A stretch of 50,152 nt of DNA from Gemmatimonadota bacterium (GCA_041691295.1 JBEPVA010000004.1:1-50152), one strand, 5' to 3'; shown: positions 10,433 to 19,617, counted from the first letter of the stretch. The notes: generated by a model from the letters alone, not told the origin. Numbers and translations are program-made.

Positions 10433-12327
10433 ACATCGGAGTCACTGGGATGCGAGACGGTGAATGGAGCGAATGGTCCCTCGGGCGGCGAAGCGCGCTA
10501 CCGCTGGTGATCGGCCTGGCCACAGTGCTCGGCTGCTCCGATGCGGGATTCTCACCGCGGAACGGCGGGGTGGCGGCGGCATTCGTCTCAGCGCCGATGC
10601 ACCGGTCCGGCTCCATTGGGCAATTGGGGATTGGCCCACAAAGCGATTCGACCCGGGTCTACGTCTCGATGTCCCCCGGCAGGATCCCTTCACTCACTCG
10701 GGTCACGGTTGAGAACACCAGGAATGGCGCGGTCGTGACCCCGGTAGTCGCCGAGGGGGGATTCGATCCGGTAGCGATCACGGGAGAAATCGGAGACACC
10801 CTTCGCGTGGCAATGGAATGGGGCAATGGCCAGGACTCGACGGACGTAGTTCCAGTCCCTCGGCGATCGAGTCCCCGGGTGGTGCGGACCAGTCCTCCCG
10901 ATCACAAGACCGATGTGCCACTCAACATGGTGGTCCGGGTCGTGTTCAGTCAGCCGATGGATTCAAGCAGCCTGCTCCCGGCCGTCACCTTGAGTCTGCA
11001 CGGTCAGCTCATCGCTGGAACGGTGCATCCAGTGGTCGACGCGCGTGGCCAGGTGCTCGAGGCCACCCTGGTTCCGCACGATCCGCTCGCCGCTGGTTCT
11101 TCCTATCAGCTGGGGGTCAGTACGCTCGCGCACGGTCTGAATGACGAAGCGCTGGCCACCGCGGTGCAAGCGGCCTTTGCCACCGTGCCACGAAGCCAAT
11201 TGGTCTTTGCGGTCGGCCCCAAGGACCATTTTTTCGGCCAGGGCTTACCGATTGAGGTTGAGGTCCAGAATCAGTTCGGGCAGGCCGCCGTCGATTTCAA
11301 CGATTCCGTGAGCCTCGCGCTGGAGGCGGACCTGCCGTCGAACCATCTCTTCGGGACTCGCACGGTGGCGGCGTTCCACGGTGTGGCCGTATTCGGCGAT
11401 CTCACCATCGATTCGGTTGGCGCGGGGTACAGGCTCACCGCCTCCGCGCCTGGATTGAGCCAGATCCGAAGCGCCGCCTTTTCGGTCTGCGTGCAACCGT
11501 GCTGGGTGAAGCGGGCCGCGCTGGTACCCGAACGGCAAGGCATCGCCATGGGCGCGGTAGCGGGTCGGATCTATGCGATTGGCGGAACCTCGCGCACAGG
11601 CTGGCCAGCCGAAGTTGCCATCTATGATCCGGTGGCCGATCGATGGAGTCTCGGCGCGCCAATGCCAACCCCTCGCACCAGCCCGGCGGTGGCCAGCCTC
11701 GGGGGCCTGCTCTACACGGTGGGCGGAGAATCACGGACGGGAATGACCACCGTCCTCGAAGTGTACGATCCTGCCACCGATCGCTGGACGACCAGGGCAC
11801 CCATGCTGACAGCCCGGAAGGGACTGGGTCTCGGGGTGGTGAACGGCATTCTCTACGCGATTGGCGGTTACATCGTCGGTGGCTTGAGTCTGACCGCTGT
11901 CGAGGCATACGACCCGGTGACCGATCGCTGGTCCGCCCGGGCGCCATTGCCATTCGCCCGCGACGGCTTCGGCGTCGGGGTCGTCAATGGGGTCCTCTAT
12001 GCGGTGGGAGGCAGTTCGGGCTTCGAGCCGGACTTTGTCCAGGCCTACGATCCCGTCGCCGATCGCTGGACGACAGTGGCCCCAATGCCGCTGCTGTCAG
12101 GTGGTGATGTGTCGGTGGCAGTCATCGGAGGGACGGTCTATGCCGCAGAGGGCAGCCCCGACGGCGTGACCATGGACAAGGTCTGGGTCAATGCGTATGA
12201 CCCGCCCACTGATCACTGGACGACGCAACCCGCAGCTCCGCTGCTCAGTGGCCGGCTCGGCCAGGTGGGCGTGGTCGACAGCACCCTCTACGTCGTCGGA
12301 CGACAGACCCAGGCCTTCCACCCATGA
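10429..12327 (+). CDS. Lipoprotein with SbsA/Big_5-like and Ig-like domains plus a Kelch propeller
   Basis: ATGA-coupled to the CHAT gene; lipobox VLGC; TSPPDHKTDVP...VFSQPMD; about six Kelch repeats (YAIGG...YDPVxDRW). Confidence 0.85.
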   Translation: MNIGVTGMRDGEWSEWSLGRRSALPLVIGLATVLGCSDAGFSPRNGGVAAAFVSAPMHRSGSIGQLGIGPQSDSTRVYVSMSPGRIPSLTRVTVENTRNGAVVTPVVAEGGFDPVAITGEIGDTLRVAMEWGNGQDSTDVVPVPRRSSPRVVRTSPPDHKTDVPLNMVVRVVFSQPMDSSSLLPAVTLSLHGQLIAGTVHPVVDARGQVLEATLVPHDPLAAGSSYQLGVSTLAHGLNDEALATAVQAAFATVPRSQLVFAVGPKDHFFGQGLPIEVEVQNQFGQAAVDFNDSVSLALEADLPSNHLFGTRTVAAFHGVAVFGDLTIDSVGAGYRLTASAPGLSQIRSAAFSVCVQPCWVKRAALVPERQGIAMGAVAGRIYAIGGTSRTGWPAEVAIYDPVADRWSLGAPMPTPRTSPAVASLGGLLYTVGGESRTGMTTVLEVYDPATDRWTTRAPMLTARKGLGLGVVNGILYAIGGYIVGGLSLTAVEAYDPVTDRWSARAPLPFARDGFGVGVVNGVLYAVGGSSGFEPDFVQAYDPVADRWTTVAPMPLLSGGDVSVAVIGGTVYAAEGSPDGVTMDKVWVNAYDPPTDHWTTQPAAPLLSGRLGQVGVVDSTLYVVGRQTQAFHP

Positions 12328-12491
12328 GCAGAATCAGCGTTGTCCGGGGGCTGCGCATCAGCGCGCTCATCCTCGCAGCGGGGTGCTCGGACGCGGTGGC
12401 GCTGGCCGTTGCCCAGCAGTACGCGATCGACGGCGCAGCGTTCCGGTCACCGTTCTACTGGGCGGGGTTCGTGCTGGATGGGAGTCTCTGA
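12324..12491 (+). CDS. 55-aa chimeric ORF: lipoprotein signal peptide fused to a copy of the CHAT C-terminal tail
   Basis: Translated by hand: MSRISVVRGLRISALILAAGCSDAVALAVAQQYAIDGAAFRSPFYWAGFVLDGSL*; ATGA overlap with the upstream stop; below the ORF-track size cutoff; could be a remnant. Confidence 0.6.
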   Translation: MSRISVVRGLRISALILAAGCSDAVALAVAQQYAIDGAAFRSPFYWAGFVLDGSL

Positions 12492-12510
12492 CGTGAGGAA
12501 GGATACGATC

Positions 12511-14094
12511 ATGGTGCAGCTACTGAGTCATCACAGATCCTGGAGCCGCCGCCGGAGGCTCGGCTGGTTCGGCCTCCTGGCCGTGCTCTTATCCTGCTCT
12601 GAGAACGTGGTCCAACCCGATCCGGGGCACCTACTGCCGCTCTCTGCCGCGCTGGTATCGTCAGCCGAGGAGGCTGTGCCGGGGCCGATCTCTGGCCGAA
12701 GACTCGGACTGGCCGCCGGATCCGGACCATCGGTGGCGTGGGTCTCGATGGCGCCCGGAACCGATACCGCCGGAGTCAGCGTGCTCATTCGGAATGGGCC
12801 GGCTGGATCGCCGGTCGACGCCGCGGTGATTGACGGCGGATTCGATCCGGTTGGAGTGCCGGCGGCCGCCGGCGATACCCTGCAGGTCACGGTGTCGCGC
12901 CACAGTGGCGCGATCGTCACGGGGTACGCGCTCGTCCCGCTGCACTCCCGGCCGGTGGTGGTCCGGACTGCTCCGCCTGCGCACAAGACCGACGTACCGA
13001 TCAACCCGACCATCCAGGTGGTGTTCAGCGAGCCGATGGACAGCGCCAGCCTGTCGGGCGCGGTGACGCTCAGCAGCGGCGGATCCGCCATCCCTGGCCA
13101 CGTCGTCGTGGCGGGCGTTGGTCAGGACATTCTCAAGGCGGGCTTCGTTCCCGATGAGGCGCTGCTGCCTCTGACGCCTTACCAACTGCAGGTCAGTACC
13201 GACGCTCGTAGCAGGGACGGAGACGCACTCGCCGCTCTTGCCATGTCCGCCTTCACGACCAGCGCGCTCGCGGCCGATACCATCGCGCCGATCGTCACGG
13301 TCCTCAGTCCGCTTGACGGCGACACCGTGCCGCTTGGCCACCTGCCCTTCGAGCTCCGAATAGAAGAGAATCGCGACCTTTCCAGCCTGCAGTGGAGGGT
13401 TCTGGACGGACCGCTGTCCAGCTTGATAGTGAACCTGGGGGCAGGCTTCTGGACGCCGCAGCTCGGCGCCTTCGGCTACAACTCCTCTACCCCCCGGCTG
13501 GCGCCCGGCCGGTACACGATCGTGGTGGATGCCATCGATGCCGCCGGAAATCAGGGCAGTTCGCCGCCGATCACCGTGACCCTAGGGGTGGTGGATACCC
13601 AGCCCCGGATCGTCGTGCGCTCGTTCTCCCTGGTGGAGTACCAGTACCCGGAAGTTCCCGGCGACTGGTTCTACGCGCCACAGCTGGTCGTCGCGGATGC
13701 TCCGGGGCAGGGCGGGGTTCAGATCACCGGGTTTGAAATCTTCGCGATTCCCGGGTTTCCGGGTCGGCCTGGGCCGTATTGGGCAAGATCGCTGACGGTT
13801 GGGCCGGGTCAGGACACCCCGCTCTTCAACGAAGTGTATGGTGACTTCCAGGCCTACTACTTTCTCGCCAATGGGGGCCGCTCGGCTGGAGGAGCGGTGA
13901 TGGCCCGCCTCACCTATCGGGATGCGCTCAGCCATCACTACTACTCGACGACCATTCAGGGTCCCATCGTACCTGGAACGCTGCCCACGACCTTCACGCC
14001 TCGCAATAATGGCTGCGGTGATTGGTACTCCTCGGGGGATTTCCCACTCCCGGCCTTCAGTTGTCCAGCCGCGTTACGCCAGGTGGTCCGATGA
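12511..14094 (+). CDS. Lipoprotein with Big_5/Ig-like domains; N-terminal half paralogous to 10429-12327, unrelated C-terminus
   Basis: AGGAAGGA RBS; lipobox LLSC; shared GGFDPV and PPAHKTDVP..VFSEPMD motifs. Confidence 0.8.
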   Translation: MVQLLSHHRSWSRRRRLGWFGLLAVLLSCSENVVQPDPGHLLPLSAALVSSAEEAVPGPISGRRLGLAAGSGPSVAWVSMAPGTDTAGVSVLIRNGPAGSPVDAAVIDGGFDPVGVPAAAGDTLQVTVSRHSGAIVTGYALVPLHSRPVVVRTAPPAHKTDVPINPTIQVVFSEPMDSASLSGAVTLSSGGSAIPGHVVVAGVGQDILKAGFVPDEALLPLTPYQLQVSTDARSRDGDALAALAMSAFTTSALAADTIAPIVTVLSPLDGDTVPLGHLPFELRIEENRDLSSLQWRVLDGPLSSLIVNLGAGFWTPQLGAFGYNSSTPRLAPGRYTIVVDAIDAAGNQGSSPPITVTLGVVDTQPRIVVRSFSLVEYQYPEVPGDWFYAPQLVVADAPGQGGVQITGFEIFAIPGFPGRPGPYWARSLTVGPGQDTPLFNEVYGDFQAYYFLANGGRSAGGAVMARLTYRDALSHHYYSTTIQGPIVPGTLPTTFTPRNNGCGDWYSSGDFPLPAFSCPAALRQVVR

Positions 14095-14165
14095 ACGCGC
14101 TCGAGACGGCCGGTCCGAATCCATCACCCGGTTCAACCCCGCGGGGCACTCATTCAGAAGGTCGT

Positions 14166-16031
14166 ATGCGCTCGATATCTGCGGGATGGCACCTTCTGTC
14201 ACTCTGTGCCGCGGCGTTACTCGGCTGCGCCAGTGGGCCATCAACGGGCCCGAACGGGACCGCCGCGACCCAATTGGTATTCACCGTATCACCGGGACTG
14301 TCGTTCAGCGGCACCAGGATGAGGGCGGTCAAGGTCAGCGCCGAGGACGCCAACGGGCAGGTGGCAACCGATTTCACCGGGGTCATATCGATCGATCTGG
14401 CGCCGCACGCTGCCGGCAAGTCGCTGCGCGGTACGACGATCATCGCGGCCGTCGGGGGCGTGGCCACCTTTACCGATCTCGAGATTGATGGCGCCGCCCC
14501 GGGAAACCTGTTGATTGCCTCGACCCAGGGTCTCACGCCGGCCACCAGCACCGCCTTTGCCAGCCACCTGACCCGGCTGGTGTTTGCGGTTCAGCCTGAT
14601 GACCCCATTGCCGGGACACCCATTGCACCGTCCGTCCAGGTCGCGGCCGTAGACTCCGCTGGCCATATCCTGACTGGCTTCACCGGCCAGGTGAAAATCT
14701 CCGACGAGGACGGGGGGCATTTCAGCGGTCTCACTGGTACCCTCACGGCAACGGCGGTCGCCGGGGTGGCGGCGTTCCCCAACATCATCATTGGCCACAC
14801 TGGCAGCGGGTGGCAGCTCATCGCCAACGCGCCCGGATTCGTCCTCGCTTACAGCGCTCCATTTGCCAGTCACCCGCCCCGGCTGGCCTTCACCGTCCAA
14901 CCTTCGGTCGGCCAGGCAGGGAAGCTGCTGGCGCCGCCCATTCAGGTCACGTTCCAGGATGATTCGGGCCATACCCTCACCGGGTTCACCCGCGGGATCA
15001 CGATCGCGCTGGTGGACAACCCCAGCGGGGGCCACCTGACGGGTGTCACCACGGAGGCGGCGGTCGGCGGTGTCGCCACCTTTGCCGATCTGGCGATTGA
15101 TGTCGTCGGCGCAGGCTACAGGTTGATCGCCAGCAGCGTGGCTCGCGCCGTCGGTGATACCAGCGCGGCATTTGACGTCATTCCCTGTTCACAGACCTGC
15201 TGGACTGTCAAGGCCCCGATACCGATCGCAAGATACGATCTGGGGGTCGGTGTGGTGCAGAACGTCCTCTACGCGGTGGGCGGAGCCACAGAACCCTACG
15301 GTGAGGGGATCGTAGCCAGCGTCGATGCCTACGACCCGGCGACCGACAGCTGGACCACGCGGGCGCCGATGCCAACGGCGCGAACCGGCGTCGGAGTCGG
15401 GGTCGTCGACGGGGTGCTCTACGCAGTCGGGGGTTCCAGCGCGACCGCCCTGTCCGGAGTGGCCGAGGCCTATGACCCGGCCACTGACACGTGGACCACC
15501 AAGGCGCCGATGCCGACCCCCCGCTATGGGCTGGGGGTCGCCGTCGTCGATGGTGTGCTTTACGCGGTGGGAGGATCTGACAACAGCGGCCTCTCGACGG
15601 TTGCGGAGGCCTATGACCCAGCGACCGACAGTTGGACCGCCAAGGCCTCAATGCCGACTCCGCGCTCTCGCCTGGGGGTCGGTGTCCTCAACGGTGTTCT
15701 CTACGCGGTGGGTGGATATACCGGCGCCGGCTATTCAGGGGCGGTCGAAGCCTACGACCCCGCGACCAACCGGTGGACCGCCAAAGGGTCGATGCCGAAC
15801 CCGACGATTGAACTGGGAGTCGGCGTCCTCAATGGAGTCCTCTACCAAGTGGGTTTGACAGACTACCGCAACGGGGCGCTTGAGGCCGACGCCTATGACC
15901 CAGTGGTCAATCGCTGGACCGCGCTGGCAACATCGCCCTTGGTGGGCGGCTTGGCCCGTTGGGGCGTCGGGGTGGTCAATGGGGTGCTGTATGTGCCGGG
16001 CCGCCCCGCCACTCTGGCGTTTCAGCCGTAG
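14166..16031 (+). CDS. Lipoprotein with three Ig-like repeats plus a Kelch propeller
   Basis: Lipobox LLGC; three LxFxVxP...GVAxF repeats; six VGVVxGVLYAVGG...AYDPATxxWT repeats; alternative coupled start at 14091. Confidence 0.88.
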   Translation: MRSISAGWHLLSLCAAALLGCASGPSTGPNGTAATQLVFTVSPGLSFSGTRMRAVKVSAEDANGQVATDFTGVISIDLAPHAAGKSLRGTTIIAAVGGVATFTDLEIDGAAPGNLLIASTQGLTPATSTAFASHLTRLVFAVQPDDPIAGTPIAPSVQVAAVDSAGHILTGFTGQVKISDEDGGHFSGLTGTLTATAVAGVAAFPNIIIGHTGSGWQLIANAPGFVLAYSAPFASHPPRLAFTVQPSVGQAGKLLAPPIQVTFQDDSGHTLTGFTRGITIALVDNPSGGHLTGVTTEAAVGGVATFADLAIDVVGAGYRLIASSVARAVGDTSAAFDVIPCSQTCWTVKAPIPIARYDLGVGVVQNVLYAVGGATEPYGEGIVASVDAYDPATDSWTTRAPMPTARTGVGVGVVDGVLYAVGGSSATALSGVAEAYDPATDTWTTKAPMPTPRYGLGVAVVDGVLYAVGGSDNSGLSTVAEAYDPATDSWTAKASMPTPRSRLGVGVLNGVLYAVGGYTGAGYSGAVEAYDPATNRWTAKGSMPNPTIELGVGVLNGVLYQVGLTDYRNGALEADAYDPVVNRWTALATSPLVGGLARWGVGVVNGVLYVPGRPATLAFQP

Positions 16032-16086
16032 CCTGGCGGGCCAACTCACTCGCGACTGCAACCCAATTCTCGGAGGCATTGAGCCC

Positions 16087-17568
16087 ATGTCCACTCGAAT
16101 CCAGCATCGATTTGCCGCCCTTTGTGGCATCCTCGCCACCACGCTCGGCTTGGCGTCATGCTCAAACGACGTACCGACCGCAGTTCAACCAGCACGGGTG
16201 GCCGAGGACCGGATATCCGACGACCGAAGCGCCGTCTGCCACCGTTCAGGGGGCGCCGGCCAGCTCATAGAGGGCACGCCGGCTGAAATGGAGTCTCACC
16301 GGCGCCACGGCGATTACCAGACCAATCTCGTGGTGACCCATGACGCTGATCGGTTCGAAGATGGCCGGCATTTCCGCCGCATCACCGACGCGCTCGCCGC
16401 GGCCAGGGCGGGCCGGCTTGCGCGAGGCGAGTTCAGGGAGGCCGCGTGCCGCATCACAATCACCGTCGCCGCGGGCGTGTTCCGAGGGACCGGCGATTCG
16501 AGCTCCAGTCGGTGGCTCGAGCGCTTCCCGCTCATCGTGGACGTTCCGGACATCACGCTCCGCGGCGCCCTGGTGATGCAACTGGATGCTCACGGCCGCG
16601 CCACCGGGCAGGGGCTCAATGGCGTTGAGACCACGCTTGTTCCGATTCATCCGCTTCCGTCCACTGACGAAGCGACGACCCCGCTCATCCTCGCCAATGG
16701 CCATCCCGGCGGCTCGGCGGGCAACGGCCTCACGGTAGAGGGATTCGTATTCAAGGCAGGCAGGGGGCCGGAGGACGAGGGCGGAGAGGCGGTGTTCGCG
16801 TTGCGAGTCACCGGTCTCACCATCCGAAGCAACCGGATCGAGGGGGGCTTCCTGCAGTCGGTGGATCTTCGCGCGACCAGCGCGGACATCGAGCGCAACC
16901 AACTCAGTGGGACCGTCGGTACCTGTGACATGTGCCTCGCCGGACCTGGGGCCTTTCGCGTCGTCGACAACCAGCTGCTGGCGGGTGGCGTCCCGGGCAT
17001 CACCACGAGTCCCGTGGTGGGTCTCGGAGTGCTGGATGGTGTCGAACCGTACACGCTCCCAGCCACCGCGCTGACGACGGTCGAGATCGGGAACAACGAG
17101 GTGCGCGATCACCTGCGCATCCCGACCGGCACGGGTCTTCGCCTCGAGGCGGTCGGCATCTTCGCGCCGGATGTCCATGGCACGATCCGCGCATCAATTC
17201 ACGACAATCTTCTCGTCAACAACCGCTTCGGGATGATCTTCCACGCCGCGTTTCCAGCACCTGATACGCGACTCAGAGGGGACCTCGACGTGACCCTCAG
17301 TGGCAACGTCATTCAGCAGAGCTGCCAGACGAAGCTGCTGGTGGCGTTCACCCGTCACAAGACCGCGTTCGGGCTGGAAAATGACCCATATCTCCGGAAT
17401 TCGACATACCGAGTGAGGCTGGGAGGGGATATTGAGTGGAGCGACGCGTGGTTCAGCAATCCAGTGGGATTCGGCAACACCCTCGTGGTCGACGGGCACA
17501 CGATCCCGAACGGCACGAGACAGTTCTACAGCGAGGAAACCTGCCCGGGGCTGGCGGCTGCGCCCTGA
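16087..17568 (+). CDS. Lipoprotein with a probable right-handed beta-helix domain
   Basis: Lipobox LASC; VCH...HRRHGD N-terminal motif; Asn-ladder repeats (IRSNRI, IERNQL, IGNNEV, IHDNLL). Confidence 0.7.
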   Translation: MSTRIQHRFAALCGILATTLGLASCSNDVPTAVQPARVAEDRISDDRSAVCHRSGGAGQLIEGTPAEMESHRRHGDYQTNLVVTHDADRFEDGRHFRRITDALAAARAGRLARGEFREAACRITITVAAGVFRGTGDSSSSRWLERFPLIVDVPDITLRGALVMQLDAHGRATGQGLNGVETTLVPIHPLPSTDEATTPLILANGHPGGSAGNGLTVEGFVFKAGRGPEDEGGEAVFALRVTGLTIRSNRIEGGFLQSVDLRATSADIERNQLSGTVGTCDMCLAGPGAFRVVDNQLLAGGVPGITTSPVVGLGVLDGVEPYTLPATALTTVEIGNNEVRDHLRIPTGTGLRLEAVGIFAPDVHGTIRASIHDNLLVNNRFGMIFHAAFPAPDTRLRGDLDVTLSGNVIQQSCQTKLLVAFTRHKTAFGLENDPYLRNSTYRVRLGGDIEWSDAWFSNPVGFGNTLVVDGHTIPNGTRQFYSEETCPGLAAAP

Positions 17569-17710
17569 AGGATTGTCGGATTGATGGATTGAAGGATTGG
17601 TGGGATCGTGCGGCGTGACTCGTCCTCCCTCGAATCCGACAATCCTTCGATCCGGAAATCTCATTCTTGGTCGATGGTCGAGAGTCGTAAATCGTGGGTC
17701 GGGGGTCGCT
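17567..17710. repeat. Inverted 8-nt repeat arrays followed by a 7-nt (ggtcga.)n array
   Basis: gaaggattgtcggattgatggattgaaggattgg ... gaatccgacaatccttcgatcc; then ggtcgatggtcgagagtcgtaaatcgtgggtcgggggtcg. Confidence 0.7.
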
Positions 17711-17721
17711 GGATCGCCGTA

Positions 17722-17819
17722 TCGTCCCGAACGGAGTGAGGGACCTCAACCAGGTCGTTCGTCCTCGGAGTTCGCGACGTGCCTTGAGTGGTTGAGATCC
17801 CTCGCGGGGCTCGGAGCGA
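17722..17819. repeat. REP-like inverted repeat pair
   Basis: tcgtcccgaacggagtgagggacctcaacc ... ggttgagatccctcgcggggctcggagcga; imperfect arms of about 30 bp. Confidence 0.6.
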
Positions 17820-17880
17820 CACCCGGATGGCACTGCGCCGGCTACAGTTTGTTCGAAGGTCGCGAGTCGCGAGTGGCAAG

Positions 17881-17974
17881 ATCGCCTTTCGTCAGCCTGA
17901 CCACTTCGGGCGTCGGGGTGGTCAATGGGGTGCTGTATGTACCGGGCTTCCCCACGTCGGCGTTTCAGCCTTAG
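17881..17974 (+). pseudogene. Orphan copy of the Kelch gene 3' tail
   Basis: SPFVSLTTSGVGVVNGVLYVPGFPTSAFQP* versus SPLVGGLARWGVGVVNGVLYVPGRPATLAFQP* at 15933-16031; identical run gggcgtcggggtggtcaatggggtgctgtatgt. Confidence 0.88.
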
Positions 17975-18052
17975 GGCCGAGTGACCAACAGCTGGGTGAT
18001 AGGCCAACGGATGGTTTGATCGTTGGATAGATGTGCTGGCTCCACCGATTCG

Positions 18053-18220
18053 ATGAACTCGACCCATCGGCTGGAGTACAACGGCGGTCTGCGCTGACAG
18101 GATGTCTGGCTCAGTCACCCGGCGGGATTCGGGAACCGGGTCATCGTGAACGGCCGCATCGTTCCCAATGGCCAGCGGACGTTCTAGGCAGCGGGCCACT
18201 GTCCCCACCTGGGTCACTGA
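18053..18220 (+). pseudogene. Degenerate paralogous copy of the beta-helix lipoprotein C-terminus
   Basis: NSTHRLEYNGGLR*QDVWLSHPAGFGNRVIVNGRIVPNGQRTF*AAGHCPHL versus NSTYRVRLGGDIEWSDAWFSNPVGFGNTLVVDGHTIPNGTRQFYSEETCPGL; stops at 18095 and 18185 align with W and Y. Confidence 0.85.
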
Positions 18221-18223
18221 GCT

Positions 18224-18306
18224 GGTCGGATGGGCGGAACCCTGGTAGGACTGCGCCTTGACCTGGTATCGCGAGTTGAGTCTCGCCCGTCCGCCCGTCC
18301 GCCCCC
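18224..18306. repeat. Inverted 8-nt repeats (cgcccgtc)n at a gene end
   Basis: ggtcggatgggcgga ... cgcccgtccgcccgtccgcc abutting the stop of 18307-18756. Confidence 0.5.
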
Positions 18307-18756
18307 CTACTGCACGGCCGCCTCTTTCCCTCGCGCGGTATCGGGTACCACGTTGTATGCCAGCGAATCCCCCTTGATCGCGCGGAGGGCCTGCTTGGCC
18401 AGGTGGGCAATGTCGTCGTTGGGATGATCTTCCATCTTGGTGAGTGACGGGATGGCGGCGGCGGCTGCCGGACCAATCTCGCGCAGCGCCACCTCGATCG
18501 GGTACAACACCACCGGCTGCTCACCGGGCTGGTTGAGCGCCTCGATCAGCGCCGGCACGGCAGGGGCGCCGGCCTTGCCGAACCAGGCAATCTCATACGC
18601 CGCGTCATGTCGGGTGGCGGGGGCCTGGCCCTTGAGGTCTGCGATCCAGGCGCTCAGCGGGCGCCCGTTGCCCATCGGGTCCTTGGCCGGCTTCTGGGCC
18701 AGGACCGGGGTGGCGAGTGCCGCAATGAATGCAACGGTGACAAAGGTGGTGCGCAT
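18307..18756 (-). CDS. Small exported HEAT/PBS-lyase-repeat protein
   Basis: Signal peptide; AVPALIEAL, ALREIGPAAAAAIPSL, AKQALRAI repeats. Confidence 0.75.
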   Translation of the reverse strand: MRTTFVTVAFIAALATPVLAQKPAKDPMGNGRPLSAWIADLKGQAPATRHDAAYEIAWFGKAGAPAVPALIEALNQPGEQPVVLYPIEVALREIGPAAAAAIPSLTKMEDHPNDDIAHLAKQALRAIKGDSLAYNVVPDTARGKEAAVQ

Positions 18757-18906
18757 ACGGTCTCCGAAGGTGTGCCGGCCCCCAATTTAGCACCCTCCTC
18801 CCCGCCCGGCGCTCCCCGGGTTAAGTTGCCACCCGCGCTGACGGACTTCCGGCCCCTCGGGACCCTCCGTTCCGTCGATTTCAACACATTTGCAGGATGG
18901 GCAGCA

Positions 18907-19473
18907 ATGGGCATCATCGCATCCGAAATGCGGAAGGGCATGACGCTGGTGTACGAGGGCGCCCCGTGCCGGGTGATGGACTTTCACCATCACACCCCGG
19001 GAAACCTCCGTGCCATGGTCCAGGCCAAGCTCCGCAACCTCAAGACCGGTAACCAGTTCGAACACCGTTTCCGGTCCACCGACACGGTCGAGCAGGCCAT
19101 TCTCGAGGCCCATGAGCTGGAGTTCCTTTACTCCGCGGCCGACTCCTATCACTTCATGAACACCGACAACTTCGACCAGCTCGAACTCGATGCCGAGGCG
19201 CTGGGTGATTCAGCCCAGTGGATGACCGGCGGGATGAAGATCCAGGTCGAGTTCTACGAGGGGCGGCCGATCGGCATCGTGATGCCGAACACCCTGACCT
19301 ACGAAGTCGTCGAGACCAACCCGCCGATGAAGAGTGCCACCAAGACCTCTTCAACCAAGCCGGCCAAGCTCGATAACGGAGTCACGGTCAATGTCCCGGA
19401 ATTCATCCAGAATGGTGAACGGATCCGGGTCAATCCGCTGACCGGAGACTATGTCGACCGGGCCAAGGACTGA
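18907..19473 (+). CDS. efp: Elongation factor P
   Basis: HHTPGNLRAMVQAKLRNLKTG, YHFMNTDNFDQ, KPAKLDNGVTVNVPEFI, YVDRA; start moved to ATG 18907. Confidence 0.95.
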   Translation: MGIIASEMRKGMTLVYEGAPCRVMDFHHHTPGNLRAMVQAKLRNLKTGNQFEHRFRSTDTVEQAILEAHELEFLYSAADSYHFMNTDNFDQLELDAEALGDSAQWMTGGMKIQVEFYEGRPIGIVMPNTLTYEVVETNPPMKSATKTSSTKPAKLDNGVTVNVPEFIQNGERIRVNPLTGDYVDRAKD

Positions 19474-19521
19474 GCCCCCTACCGTTCCGTAACCCCCCCG
19501 ACAACAGTAGCTTAGAGTACT

Positions 19522-19553
19522 TGGTTCCCGGGCCTCAAGAGCCCGGGGAACCA
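19522..19553. terminator. GC-rich hairpin after efp
   Basis: tggttcccgggc-ctcaaga-gcccggggaacca; no clear U tract. Confidence 0.35.
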
Positions 19554-19617
19554 TGCCTTCCCGGAGCTCCCCAATGTCGGTCGTGGCACTGCCACCTCGC
19601 ACGGCGAACCATCGCTC

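Noticed and set aside
15200-16031. Nucleotide-level repeats as a DGR template/variable pair
   Set aside because: Explained by Kelch coding repeats; tail copies do not differ specifically at adenines and no reverse transcriptase is present.
19474-19617. 6S RNA or another ncRNA after efp
   Set aside because: Only one clear hairpin; no extended rod structure or conserved motif could be established by eye.
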